Origin: an uncultured virus (IMG/VR IMGVR_UViG_3300025603_000008)
Taxonomy: Duplodnaviria > Heunggongvirae > Uroviricota > Caudoviricetes
Length of the DNA: 20,000 nt
Virus record (IMG/VR): IMGVR_UViG_3300025603_000008
Reading direction: 5' to 3' (one strand)
Shown: piece by piece, positions 1 to 8,800 of the stretch
Layout: each line of letters begins with the position of its first letter
How positions within the stretch are numbered: position 1 is the first letter of the stretch
Notes under the pieces: model-generated
What the model was told of the DNA's origin: nothing
Seen by the model: only the letters and a program-made list of their open reading frames with translations
Database searches by the model: none
Program-made: the position numbers and the translations under genes

Positions 1-68
1 TTGCCCATAACGTTAAGGCTATGGTTAATAAACTTTACTCATTGGTTTGAGATAGTTGAACCTAATTA

Positions 69-172
69 ATGCTAACGTTTAGTATATGGTTTTGTAAGCC
101 ACTGCGGAAATTTACAAATTAAAAACGAAAATTAATTAGGCTTATAAACTATAAACAGTGTTGTATGCCGTT
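69..172. repeat. attC-like imperfect palindrome
   Basis: GCTAAC (71-76) ... inner inverted repeat TAAGCC (95-100)/GGCTTA (139-144) ... GTTGTATGCCGTT (160-172). Confidence 0.45.
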
Positions 173-184
173 ATTTTAAAAGAT

Positions 185-376
185 ATGGAACGTAAATTTA
201 ATAAAGATGAAATGGTTGGTTGGAAGTCAAATACGGACTTTACAAAAGAAAATAAAAATAAACCCCCACAAAAAGTTATTGCATACCAAAAATGCATTGA
301 CGGAGAAGGTTGGGAATATAAAATTACAAATTATATGGGGTGGCAAATGCAACACGAATTAGAGCTGAGAGCTTAA
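185..376 (+). CDS. hypothetical protein in an attC-like flanked cassette
   Basis: ORF 158-376; in-frame ATG at 185 preferred because GTG158 lies inside the GTTGTATGCC repeat. Confidence 0.65.
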   Translation: MERKFNKDEMVGWKSNTDFTKENKNKPPQKVIAYQKCIDGEGWEYKITNYMGWQMQHELELRA

Positions 377-466
377 TGGCATACGGTTAGTGCGCCTACC
401 ACAAATGATTGAATTAATCACCGACCTAGCTTGGCGCATTAACTATATAAAATGTTGTGTGCCGTT
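375..466. repeat. attC-like imperfect palindrome (degenerate left arm)
   Basis: AATGGCATAC at the stop codon; inverted repeat GGTTAGTGCGCC (385-396)/GGCGCATTAACT (433-444); GTTGTGTGCCGTT (454-466). Confidence 0.45.
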
Positions 467-505
467 AATTTATAGACATAAAGCAATAACGGACAAAGGA
501 TAATT

Positions 506-531
506 CATCCTAAGTCACAAACTAGACTCAT
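506..531 (+). promoter_or_regulatory. motif A promoter CATCC-N15-ACTCAT
   Basis: exact match; ATG539 lies 7 nt after ACTCAT. Confidence 0.75.
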
Positions 532-538
532 AGGAATT

Positions 539-757
539 ATGAAAGAGAAAATTAAATCTATAGCAGCATTTTCGGTAATGGTTATCACGATTGTAATTGC
601 AATTATATTCATGCTATTTTTTATTTATTCTTTTGCTACATATGTTTCTTCAGGTATAGAAGAAGGGGTTGAGCTTTATGATTTGCATAAAGAGAAAACT
701 GAATTAGAAGTAAAAAAACTCTTGAATGGTTCACGCAATGGGGAAATGGAGAACTGA
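539..757 (+). CDS. small membrane protein
   Basis: 72 aa, N-terminal hydrophobic helix, directly after motif A. Confidence 0.7.
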   Translation: MKEKIKSIAAFSVMVITIVIAIIFMLFFIYSFATYVSSGIEEGVELYDLHKEKTELEVKKLLNGSRNGEMEN

Positions 758-971
758 AAAAAGCGACCACCCAATAGCAAAATTGTTATTAAAAAAAGGA
801 TATACTCAATTTGAGTATGGTGGGAATCAATTTAAAAACCAATATAGTGGTTGGTGGGTTGAGTCTGAGGAACACGAAGAATTAAACGGTAAATTTTTAG
901 GTTGCAATTTGAAAGATTCTATTTGGAGTTTAAAAAACACTAACGATATACCTGAAACAAAACCATCCTAA
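726..971 (+). CDS. hypothetical protein
   Basis: 81 aa ORF; start may be the second ATG (738). Confidence 0.7.
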   Translation: MVHAMGKWRTEKSDHPIAKLLLKKGYTQFEYGGNQFKNQYSGWWVESEEHEELNGKFLGCNLKDSIWSLKNTNDIPETKPS

Positions 972-989
972 AAACCGAATCCAACTCAT
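964..989 (+). promoter_or_regulatory. motif A promoter
   Basis: CATCC 964-968, 15 nt, ACTCAT 984-989. Confidence 0.75.
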
Positions 990-1016
990 ACCAAGTGAAC
1001 CATAAAAAGAGCAGCA

Positions 1017-1472
1017 ATGTCAGACGAAACGAAACACATGAATTGGGAAGAGTTTGTAGAGAAATTCAAGCCAGTTTTCAATCACATCGAAGCAAAGAGA
1101 AATCCCTCTCCAGACCCAGAAAGTTGCTGCTCAGTCAACGGGCGTATGTTCGAGACCAATTGTGACCAAGAGGACTTCGTAAGAACCCACCCAGAGAATC
1201 AAGTGTGGACGGTATTGTTCAACGACGATAACGAATACGACACATTCCGAGACAACTATACTTGTGAAGATTGCCACGCTCCAGTAGAAGGAGAAGAGGT
1301 AGACGAAGAAGACCGTGAGCAATGTTGTTGTGGAAAATCAGAAGCAAAAGCATTAGAAGCAGGGCTTGAGCCTTACCTCCCAATCGTTAAGGGATACCAT
1401 TGGGTAAACCGAAATGGATACATCGTAACGGAGAAGCCGTGGAATGATGAAACTAATGATGTCCAATACTAA
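1017..1472 (+). CDS. hypothetical phage protein, Cys-rich acidic insert
   Basis: 151 aa; MFET..VWT..GYHWVNRNGYIVTEKPW pattern resembles phage hypotheticals; CxxC and CCC motifs. Confidence 0.8.
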   Translation: MSDETKHMNWEEFVEKFKPVFNHIEAKRNPSPDPESCCSVNGRMFETNCDQEDFVRTHPENQVWTVLFNDDNEYDTFRDNYTCEDCHAPVEGEEVDEEDREQCCCGKSEAKALEAGLEPYLPIVKGYHWVNRNGYIVTEKPWNDETNDVQY

Positions 1473-1499
1473 AACCATCTAATCAATCACACCAATCAT

Positions 1500-1829
1500 A
1501 TGAAAAATAAGTGGCTAGTATCCCCAGAAGATGACCTTCTGAAAGTTATGGACATCAATGAGAGTCCAAACGTCGACCAAGAATTCAAAGATATCCTCAA
1601 TGCGATGTTGCAATCTGAGTTTGTAGAGGACATTAGTCCTTATGTGTCTGAATTTGCGTTTGGTACTGAGTTTGTCGCCTCTCCCTTCGCTCTCCTAGAA
1701 GCAGCAGAAGCTGTTGATATGCTGGACAAAGAAGATACACCAGAGAAGCTGGGTTTTATCACAAAACTCAAAAGCCTTGTCAGTTTCTGTGAGGAGCAAA
1801 AAGTGAACTACGTGAGATTCTCAATCTAA
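1500..1829 (+). CDS. hypothetical protein
   Basis: 109 aa ORF in operon-like position. Confidence 0.8.
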   Translation: MKNKWLVSPEDDLLKVMDINESPNVDQEFKDILNAMLQSEFVEDISPYVSEFAFGTEFVASPFALLEAAEAVDMLDKEDTPEKLGFITKLKSLVSFCEEQKVNYVRFSI

Positions 1830-1833
1830 TTCT

Positions 1834-1859
1834 CATCCTGAATTTGCGTTCAGACTCAT
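1834..1859 (+). promoter_or_regulatory. motif A promoter
   Basis: CATCC-N15-ACTCAT exact. Confidence 0.75.
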
Positions 1860-1888
1860 GGGGGGTGTAATCATAAATTATACTCCCC

Positions 1889-2491
1889 ATGAAACTTTTA
1901 GAAAAACCCCAATGGTATGCTCGTGTTAGCGGAACCGTTAAATGTATCAAGAAAGACACAACAGGCACAGCAATGCATTTCCCGCTCAACGTTGGCGGAA
2001 TCTATCTTAAATCTAAAGATGGACAAAGAGACTTTGTTCTCGACCCTTACCAAACAGAATACACCATAGCAGAGAACGGCGACATTGAATTCCAATGCCG
2101 ACTGGAAAGCGTCCCTGAAGAGTTTGAAGACTACAAGTTTGACTTGCTCGTTGAAGACATCAGAGAAGCACGTGCTGAATTTTTCAACCCTGTAGATGAT
2201 GCAGGCGATGGAGTTTACCACGATGATACAGGCGAATTCACAATAGAGTTTTACTTTCAAAACGAACCAAGCATCCAAATCAGAGCGTTTCAAGAGGATT
2301 CAAGCGACTTCCGCAGGCTTATGACGGTTAGGCGAGCTTGGACGCTCCAAGACTACACAGAAGCATACGGAGACGGCGAGTGGGAAACAATCCCAGCCAC
2401 AGCTGAAGAATGCTGGGAGCGAATGGATGAACACATCGCCCAGACCTATGACGAAGGATTAATTAAAAATTGCCTGGAAGATGAATGGTAA
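1889..2491 (+). CDS. hypothetical acidic protein
   Basis: 200 aa ORF after motif A. Confidence 0.85.
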   Translation: MKLLEKPQWYARVSGTVKCIKKDTTGTAMHFPLNVGGIYLKSKDGQRDFVLDPYQTEYTIAENGDIEFQCRLESVPEEFEDYKFDLLVEDIREARAEFFNPVDDAGDGVYHDDTGEFTIEFYFQNEPSIQIRAFQEDSSDFRRLMTVRRAWTLQDYTEAYGDGEWETIPATAEECWERMDEHIAQTYDEGLIKNCLEDEW

Positions 2492-2496
2492 TTTTT

Positions 2497-2522
2497 CATC
2501 CCAGGTTCCCCGCCTGACTCAT
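2497..2522 (+). promoter_or_regulatory. motif A promoter
   Basis: CATCC-N15-ACTCAT exact. Confidence 0.75.
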
Positions 2523-2529
2523 TAGCGAT

Positions 2530-2560
2530 ACCCAATACAAACCCAATACAAACCCAATAC
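2530..2560. repeat. 11-bp tandem repeat ACCCAATACAA x~2.8
   Basis: read directly in the leader region. Confidence 0.8.
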
Positions 2561-2575
2561 CTAAATATACTCCCC

Positions 2576-2987
2576 ATGATTAAACAAATGATGATTATCC
2601 TCTCGTACAACGAGGAAGACCTTAAGGAAGTACATCTTGAAAGCCATGAAGACCTTGAAGAATTGTCTTGCCGTGTCTGAACTGGTCTGGGCAGAACAGT
2701 CTGGCGTATCTGTCAGCGAAGTCCTTATAGAGGACATGGACGCATCCAGCGGCTTCGGAAACATCCACAAGTTAGCAGCATCTGAAAAGAAGATAGCTAT
2801 CCTATGGGGTCTAATAGACATCCAAGATACCTGTAAAGAGAACTATGAAGTGGAACTAACCGACGAACAAGCCTTAGAGGTTCTAGAGATTGTCGACCAC
2901 AGGCATGACGCATCAATAGGAATCAACTGGGATGTGCTGGACGTTCATATTCAAACGTACCTCGAAGACCACAACCTTATTAAATAA
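2576..2987 (+). pseudogene. hypothetical protein, apparently frameshifted (+1) near 2660
   Basis: ATG2576 ORF (MIKQMMIILSYNEEDLKEVHLESHEDLEE..., stop 2680) has the same TATACTCCCCATG leader as gene 1889; the +1 frame continues as LAVSELVWAEQ...HDASIGINWD to 2987. Confidence 0.55.
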
Positions 2988-3004
2988 CCCAACCCCCAAT
3001 ACCC

Positions 3005-3322
3005 ATGAATACTACCAAACTCAAAGTCCTCTTGGAGGCACTAAAGAAAAACGTGAATTGTGACTGGCAAGAAAATGACCCAGCAGAAGAATTCCAAGCC
3101 CTAGCCGATATGCTGGAGTCAGCTCTAAGCACAACTGACCGAGACAAAGCCATCGAGCGCCTAGGACATTATGTATCAGAGGATGATGTAGAAGAAGCAT
3201 ACGGCAAACTAACTGCACAAGCAGAGATTGACGGAAGCGTAAGTGCGGACGACATCATTTGTATCTGGGAGCCGCTGGAATTCAAATACACAGTAGACCA
3301 GCTACTCGACGAAGTGCATTAA
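3005..3322 (+). CDS. hypothetical acidic protein
   Basis: 105 aa ORF followed by terminator. Confidence 0.8.
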   Translation: MNTTKLKVLLEALKKNVNCDWQENDPAEEFQALADMLESALSTTDRDKAIERLGHYVSEDDVEEAYGKLTAQAEIDGSVSADDIICIWEPLEFKYTVDQLLDEVH

Positions 3323-3329
3323 GAAACCG

Positions 3330-3364
3330 AAAAGCTCTCAGCAAGAAATTGTTGGGAGCTTTTT
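3330..3364 (+). terminator. intrinsic terminator
   Basis: AAAGCTCTCAGCAA-GAAA-TTGTTGGGAGCTTT plus T tract. Confidence 0.8.
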
Positions 3365-3390
3365 CATCCCACATCGGGGGTTCTACTCAT
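3365..3390 (+). promoter_or_regulatory. motif A promoter
   Basis: exact; abuts the terminator T tract. Confidence 0.75.
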
Positions 3391-3441
3391 TTCTTGTGAA
3401 ACCATTCAACTCAGGCTTTTTTTATTTGTTGCTTGATTTTT

Positions 3442-3467
3442 CATCCTACAGATTTAATGAGACTCAT
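3442..3467 (+). promoter_or_regulatory. motif A promoter
   Basis: exact; upstream of ATG3485. Confidence 0.75.
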
Positions 3468-3484
3468 TAAGTATATCATCTAAT

Positions 3485-3760
3485 ATGAAAACTATGAAAA
3501 AAGTACAATTAAAAGTTGAAATTGAATTCAAAGATTCAGTTTCAGAATCTAAAATATCTGAAATCACAGCTAAAGTAGCAAGAGGTATTGTTTCACAAGC
3601 CGTAGACACTTCTGAGGGACTTGCACCCGATGATGATGAAACCTATACCGAAATGATTGTGGTTCAGCACGAAAATGGTGTAAAATCAGTTGCAGGAATT
3701 TCAATTCAAGGAATTGAAATTCTTACTACAGATGAAAACGGAGACGAAAACATCTCCTAA
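3485..3760 (+). CDS. hypothetical protein
   Basis: 91 aa ORF. Confidence 0.8.
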   Translation: MKTMKKVQLKVEIEFKDSVSESKISEITAKVARGIVSQAVDTSEGLAPDDDETYTEMIVVQHENGVKSVAGISIQGIEILTTDENGDENIS

Positions 3761-3799
3761 ACAACTTGTCATAATGACAATAAAAAGAGGTGGGTTTTT

Positions 3800-3825
3800 C
3801 ATCCCACCAACTCTCCCTCACTTAT
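3800..3825 (+). promoter_or_regulatory. motif A promoter (variant ACTTAT)
   Basis: CATCC-N15-ACTTAT; supports gene start at 3852. Confidence 0.6.
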
Positions 3826-3851
3826 ACAAGCCGAACGCAAAATCAAACCAC

Positions 3852-4436
3852 ATGTATAAAGGAATCGAAATTCAGTTTGCAAACCTCAAAACTCTTGAGG
3901 GACGAGATGGGCTTATTATCCAAGCCGACATTAAATATAACGGCAAAAAAATAGCAACCTATCGTGATGATGGACACGGCGGATGTGTAGACATTGACGC
4001 TATAGGCTCCATTGACAAAGATAAGGATGGAAACCACCAAAAGTCTAAAGCGCTTATCGAGAACCGTGCATTGCTCATTGAGTTACAAGAAGAGTTCGCA
4101 AAGCTTCCAAAAGTTAAGTCTTCACACGCAAGCATTTTATCTGAATTTGAAGACTGCATAGAGTACGCAATGGACGACTTCATCAACGAACGCGAACTGC
4201 TCAATGATGCCAAAAAAGGAATCTTGACTCAAGAAGCCGAGGGCTCCTCAGGATACTCCATCATCAAATTCAAAGCGGGGTCAATCACGTCAATGCTAAA
4301 GAAGTATACAAAGCCACAAGTTATTCAGCTGCTTGAGAAAAACATTAAGCAGGAAATAGAGGATGATAAGCACATCCTTGCACAAGACTACTACATTTCC
4401 ATCGGTGTAAATCCCGAAATATTCACCAAAGCGTAA
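3852..4436 (+). CDS. hypothetical phage protein
   Basis: ORF 3690-4436; in-frame ATG3852 (MYKGIEIQ) preferred; ADIKYNGKKIATYRDDGHGG motif. Confidence 0.8.
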   Translation: MYKGIEIQFANLKTLEGRDGLIIQADIKYNGKKIATYRDDGHGGCVDIDAIGSIDKDKDGNHQKSKALIENRALLIELQEEFAKLPKVKSSHASILSEFEDCIEYAMDDFINERELLNDAKKGILTQEAEGSSGYSIIKFKAGSITSMLKKYTKPQVIQLLEKNIKQEIEDDKHILAQDYYISIGVNPEIFTKA

Positions 4437-4459
4437 CCTTTTAGGAATTCAAACGTATA
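4432..4459 (+). promoter_or_regulatory. motif B ECF-type promoter CGTAAC-N16-CGTATA
   Basis: AAC/CGT with 16-nt spacer upstream of parB-like gene. Confidence 0.6.
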
Positions 4460-4498
4460 TTTAAATTAGTCAATAATCAATCCATAAATTCATTCACC

Positions 4499-5347
4499 AT
4501 GAACACAGAAAACACAACACCACCTTACAAAAAAGCAGCCCTCAAACCTCTCGACAAGTTTGTCGTTGAAGCAGGGTTCAATGTCCGCCTTGATATGGGT
4601 GACATCAAAACCCTTGCTGCACAATTGGAAGCAGCTTACGCAAAAGACCCTTATAGCATCCCTGCTATTCGTGGACACAACGGTGCATCAGGAACAGTTA
4701 TTGTTACTGATGGGCATCGAAAACTTGCAGCTGCAAAACTCGCAGGAATCCCAACTCTCCCTTACTTGCCGTTCTCCTCAGATATTTTGGAACGAACCGT
4801 AGCTATGGCTTCGTTGAACGCAGGTAAAGATTTGAACGAGATGGAGAAGGCTCGATTGATTCAACGAATCACAACCATCTTGAAAGAACGCAGTCCAAGC
4901 ATTTCTGAAAAAGAAATTTGCACTTTCTGTACTGAGTCCATTGGTTGCTCTCAATCATCTTACTACAACTACAAAGCACTCTTGAACGAGAATGTATCTG
5001 TGGATGTGCAAGACTTGGTTGCTGAGGGTAAAGTGTCTTCTACAGTCGTGCGAAACCTTTCAAAGCAAGTGAAAGACCCTGCCGAGTTGACAAAAACAAT
5101 CTTCGGACTGGTTAAAACTGCACAAAAAGCTGTTGAATCAGGCACGAAAGCACCCGCAAAAGTGAAGCCGTCCTCAGCTATGAAGGAATTTCAACATCTC
5201 CCTGTGAGCAAAAAAATTGAACAGTTCGCTGTTGAATTGCTTGACTCTCCCTCAGAAAAAGGACAATTTATCTTGAAAGTTATCACCCAACTTCAAGACA
5301 AGGAAACAACTCTTGAGAAAATTGTGGCTCAGGTGAATGCGGAGTAA
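4499..5347 (+). CDS. ParB/Srx-family N-terminal domain protein with HTH
   Basis: FNVR, VIVTDGHRKLAAAKLAG (GxRR-like box, second R replaced by K), LNxxKDLNEMEKA and a following HTH-like segment. Confidence 0.85.
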   Translation: MNTENTTPPYKKAALKPLDKFVVEAGFNVRLDMGDIKTLAAQLEAAYAKDPYSIPAIRGHNGASGTVIVTDGHRKLAAAKLAGIPTLPYLPFSSDILERTVAMASLNAGKDLNEMEKARLIQRITTILKERSPSISEKEICTFCTESIGCSQSSYYNYKALLNENVSVDVQDLVAEGKVSSTVVRNLSKQVKDPAELTKTIFGLVKTAQKAVESGTKAPAKVKPSSAMKEFQHLPVSKKIEQFAVELLDSPSEKGQFILKVITQLQDKETTLEKIVAQVNAE

Positions 5348-5361
5348 TCCTTGATGAGTGA

Positions 5362-5400
5362 AAAAAAGAAAGGCTCTACCAAGTAGAGCCTTTCTTTTTT
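5362..5400. terminator. bidirectional intrinsic terminator
   Basis: AAAAAAGAAAGGCTCTAC-CAA-GTAGAGCCTTTCTTTTTT. Confidence 0.85.
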
Positions 5401-5486
5401 AAAACAGCAACTCGTCGAAAAAGCAATATAAATAATGTTAATAACTTTGTTTAAAAGTTAAGAATGTTATACATTTACTTCAGCAA

Positions 5487-6048
5487 GTGAACTACCCACC
5501 CACGCCAGAGGCGATGGGATGGGCTTCAGGAGTCAGCACTTTGACTAACGTCAACAGTTCGTCCTGATTTTTAAGAGTGTGTTCCCCACTCAAATTATTT
5601 TTTAAAGCAAAAGATTTAATATTTATGGAAGCATTTACATCACGGTCAAGAACAGAAGTACACACAGAACAAGTCCATTCACGGTCTTTAAGTGTGAGTT
5701 CTTTGTTTATATTTCCACAGCAAGAGCAAGTTTTACTTGACGGTGCAAAACGTCCTATTCTTAGGATGTTTTTACCATACCAATCAGCTTTGTATTCTAA
5801 CATAGTTACAAAAGTTGACCAACTTACATCGGTAATTGCTTGCGCTAAATTGTGGTTCTTAACCATATTACTTACTGCGAGTGTCTCTAAGCAAATCGTT
5901 TGGTTCTCACGAATTAACTTAGTAGATGTTTTGTGCAAAAAATCTTTGCGTTTGTTTACTACCTTCTCATGTAATAAGGCAAGGCGTTGTTTTGTCCGCT
6001 TACATCCCATCCACGCAAAAGCGATGAATGGGTTTTACGCTCCGTTTT
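5487..6048 (-). mobile_element. internally deleted IS200/IS605-family element
   Basis: left end after TTTAT with hairpin CCCATTCATCGCTTTTGCGTGGATGGG; right end hairpin CCCATCCCATCGCCTCTGGCGTGGGTGGG ending in GTTCAC; contains only 3' tnpB. Confidence 0.8.
5492..6010 (-). pseudogene. tnpB: 5'-truncated TnpB (RuvC-II, Zn finger, RuvC-III)
   Basis: RKDFLHKTS, ICLETLAVSNM, SSKTCSCCG, WTCSVC, DRDVNASINI motifs; N-terminal half and RuvC-I missing. Confidence 0.9.
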
Positions 6049-6063
6049 ATAAAATTGATTATC

Positions 6064-6537
6064 ATGGCAAGAAATGAGAAACAAAATACTTCTAACCCTC
6101 TAATAGCGGGAAGGGCTTACTTACGACTAAGAGAGAAAGAAGGAGCAAGTGTGCAAGAGATTGCAGAAGCATTTAGGGTTTCAATTCCAGCTGTATACAA
6201 ATATATGCAATTAGCTGAGTGCGATGAGGATGTTCAAAACTCTATTGAGAATGGAGATATCACAGCCACAATGGTAATCTCTATTCTTCATAAGCATGAT
6301 AAGAAAGACGTTTATGTCGAAGTTAGAAAAGCAGTAGAGGCAAGGAAACTTGAACAGAAAAAGCTAGGGGATAAAGGCATTTCGAAGATGACAGTAAAGC
6401 GTCGATTAAAAGAGCTTACAAAAGAAATTGATGAACAAAACCTTAATTCACCAAAAGCAGTTTTTTTGAAAGAAATAGCTGAGAAACTTATCTCTGGAAA
6501 TTCTGTTGAAGAGCTGATTGGCTTAACATTAGTATAA
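6064..6537 (+). CDS. ParB-like HTH domain protein lacking the N-terminal CTPase domain
   Basis: AYLRLREKEGASVQEIAEAFRVSIPAVYKYMQL..VQNSIENGDIT resembles the ParB central region; ATG6028 lies inside the IS end, so 6064 is preferred. Confidence 0.75.
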   Translation: MARNEKQNTSNPLIAGRAYLRLREKEGASVQEIAEAFRVSIPAVYKYMQLAECDEDVQNSIENGDITATMVISILHKHDKKDVYVEVRKAVEARKLEQKKLGDKGISKMTVKRRLKELTKEIDEQNLNSPKAVFLKEIAEKLISGNSVEELIGLTLV

Positions 6538-6555
6538 GAAAATCAGAATGCACTT

Positions 6556-6587
6556 AAAGGGACAGGAGAAATCTTTGTCCCTTTTTT
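6556..6587 (+). terminator. intrinsic terminator
   Basis: AAAGGGACAGGA-GAAA-TCTTTGTCCCTTT plus T tract. Confidence 0.8.
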
Positions 6588-6613
6588 CGTCCTAAACTTT
6601 TATTCCAACTCAT
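6588..6613 (+). promoter_or_regulatory. motif A promoter (variant CGTCC)
   Basis: CGTCC-N15-ACTCAT; ATG6621 lies 7 nt downstream (17-aa ORF). Confidence 0.6.
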
Positions 6614-6710
6614 AGAAATTATGGCAATAGATTATCCAACAAACAAAAAGGTCAAGAAACAAGCTGGGTTATAATGCGAAGCCAAATCGAAAAACAATTA
6701 AAATAATTTT

Positions 6711-6736
6711 CATCCCAGAGATGATAGCTAACTCAT
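6711..6736 (+). promoter_or_regulatory. motif A promoter
   Basis: exact; ATG6744 lies 7 nt downstream. Confidence 0.75.
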
Positions 6737-6743
6737 AAGCACC

Positions 6744-7196
6744 ATGACGAAATTATTAGACCAAGTATTATACGACGATGCAAAAAAGCATTTTGAGAAG
6801 AATGGCATCACTGTTACTGCTGAAAACAAATCGGCTTTGTTCGATATGTATAAAGCTCACAGGTTAGCAGGGCGCGAGATAGAGCGCACGCATGAATACC
6901 TTCGAAGCGCTGTGGATGACTTTAACCACCCAGACCAAGAGAAAGCAAACATCAAGGCGAATGCCGCCATTGCGATGCTATCAAACGCACTCAATGGCTC
7001 AAGCGTCCTTAGTGATGTTTTCCAAAAGATGTTCCAATACAACACTGGTCACCGAACACTTGACGGAAACGTCATCAACGAGCTGTTTAGTTTAATCAAA
7101 TTCATCGCTGAAGACGACAAGCACTTCTATGTTGATGACAGAAATAGACACGTAAAAGAGCTGTGCAAAGACGCAGTTATGCCATTAAATAGCTAA
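6744..7196 (+). CDS. hypothetical protein
   Basis: 150 aa ORF. Confidence 0.85.
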   Translation: MTKLLDQVLYDDAKKHFEKNGITVTAENKSALFDMYKAHRLAGREIERTHEYLRSAVDDFNHPDQEKANIKANAAIAMLSNALNGSSVLSDVFQKMFQYNTGHRTLDGNVINELFSLIKFIAEDDKHFYVDDRNRHVKELCKDAVMPLNS

Positions 7197-7778
7197 ATGA
7201 AAAGACGTAACCTAACATATTTCATCACTCTGGCTCAAGCCACAGCTGTGTCCCCTGCTCCTATTCAACAGGACGCATGGGATAAGCTTGTGGAAGCGCT
7301 TAATGATATTCTTCATCCTCACAATACTCCTTTGGATATATGTGGGCAGAGGAATGAAGGCAGAGTACTGCTGGAGGCGAACGCCGTCAGCTTCTCTCCA
7401 GTTGACCATGAGGCAGGAGGAGACTTCTCCCTCAAGAGAGTTGGCAGCAGGATTGTGACAAGAGTCAAATCCAAGTGCGACGAATATGATATTCTCGTTG
7501 GAGCCTGCTTGTTAGCTATAAAAAAATACATTCCACAGGCGACCGTGTCACACACAGGAGGAGTGAAAGCATGGGATGCATCCATTAAGTATTTTCAGTA
7601 CGCTGTTGATGTCCCTGTTCCAGTTGTTTACCCAGCTCAAGCAAGAACGGTGTGTATTGATTTCGAATGGGACTCCAGTGCACCTGCCGAAGATTGCGCA
7701 TCTGTATTGGAGGATATCCGAGCGTTGCTCGCAGGAACTGCTAAAGGCGTGGTTATTCGATTTGATAAACCAGAATAA
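7197..7778 (+). CDS. hypothetical phage protein
   Basis: 193 aa, abuts the previous stop codon. Confidence 0.8.
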   Translation: MKRRNLTYFITLAQATAVSPAPIQQDAWDKLVEALNDILHPHNTPLDICGQRNEGRVLLEANAVSFSPVDHEAGGDFSLKRVGSRIVTRVKSKCDEYDILVGACLLAIKKYIPQATVSHTGGVKAWDASIKYFQYAVDVPVPVVYPAQARTVCIDFEWDSSAPAEDCASVLEDIRALLAGTAKGVVIRFDKPE

Positions 7779-7795
7779 ATTAACCATATTTGGTC

Positions 7796-8800
7796 ATGAA
7801 TAATATTGATAAATCAAATCGTCCAAACAAAGAGCTTATAAGAGCCATTGAAGGCCAAGAGCATGCTTATGCGGATAATCATATACTTGGGCCATATGGT
7901 TTAGACCTAGCTTTGGTCGAATACCAAAGATGTTTGAGCTGGTTCCAAGAGAGGGCGCCTGGAACCTCTCCCCAGAATATCCACATCCACATCCCTGCTC
8001 TTTTAGATATCATGTCCAAGATAAAGAGCAAAGAGGCTATTCACTCTGAGGAGCTTGAAGAGCTCGCTAGAGAGCTTGTATCTGATTTCTTTGCCTTTCC
8101 CCAGGAGAATTTTAAAAGTACAAATATCTCCGATGACTTCGACCTGGAAGAAGATACTCTAGCCCCAAAAACTAAAGTGGACAAAGACAAACTTGTAGAA
8201 CACATTAATAAAAGAATTATCTTAAATGCGATTGTGCATGGAGGAGCTGTTAATTGCTGGAAAACAATTCACATGCTGGCTGATGAACATCTAAATAAAA
8301 TTGACCCTGAATTATCTGGTTTGTATTCAGATTTTACCGCTATATCATCAATGATGATGTGGCAATCCCCACCTCTCCCTGATTTGCCAGACGATAAAAT
8401 AAGAGCTTTCTTAACTTCTCAAAATATAAAGCAAGGACAGAATAAAGTTAGTTTTCAAAAAGATGAACCATATATATCCGCAGAAGCAACATGCTTCCCT
8501 GTGTTGTTGCATGAGTTGGTAAAAGGGGTTTTGGATTTGGTTTCCCTATACGGGATAGACCAGTCTCTTAGTGCTGATGAACAGCAGTACATAATGAATC
8601 AAGCAGATAAACACTGGGATGAAAGATGGTACTATTTGTTCGGCCCTGGAATCTGGGACATTCTAATGGAAAATGAACAACCAAATTCCACATCCATCGC
8701 CGAAATGATGCAAAGTGTATCAACAACAAAGTATTCTTCAATTGTAACTTACCTACAAAACTCTTTAGATGATGCCAGAGACGATGCCCCACAGGCCTGA
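7796..8800 (+). CDS. hypothetical protein with FPVLLHELVKG motif
   Basis: long ORF; KRIILNAIVHG, FPVLLHELVKG, GPGIW motifs; ATG7796 preferred. Confidence 0.85.
   Translation: MNNIDKSNRPNKELIRAIEGQEHAYADNHILGPYGLDLALVEYQRCLSWFQERAPGTSPQNIHIHIPALLDIMSKIKSKEAIHSEELEELARELVSDFFAFPQENFKSTNISDDFDLEEDTLAPKTKVDKDKLVEHINKRIILNAIVHGGAVNCWKTIHMLADEHLNKIDPELSGLYSDFTAISSMMMWQSPPLPDLPDDKIRAFLTSQNIKQGQNKVSFQKDEPYISAEATCFPVLLHELVKGVLDLVSLYGIDQSLSADEQQYIMNQADKHWDERWYYLFGPGIWDILMENEQPNSTSIAEMMQSVSTTKYSSIVTYLQNSLDDARDDAPQA

Noticed and set aside
5577..6077. 166-aa + strand ORF
   Set aside because: Antisense shadow of tnpB.
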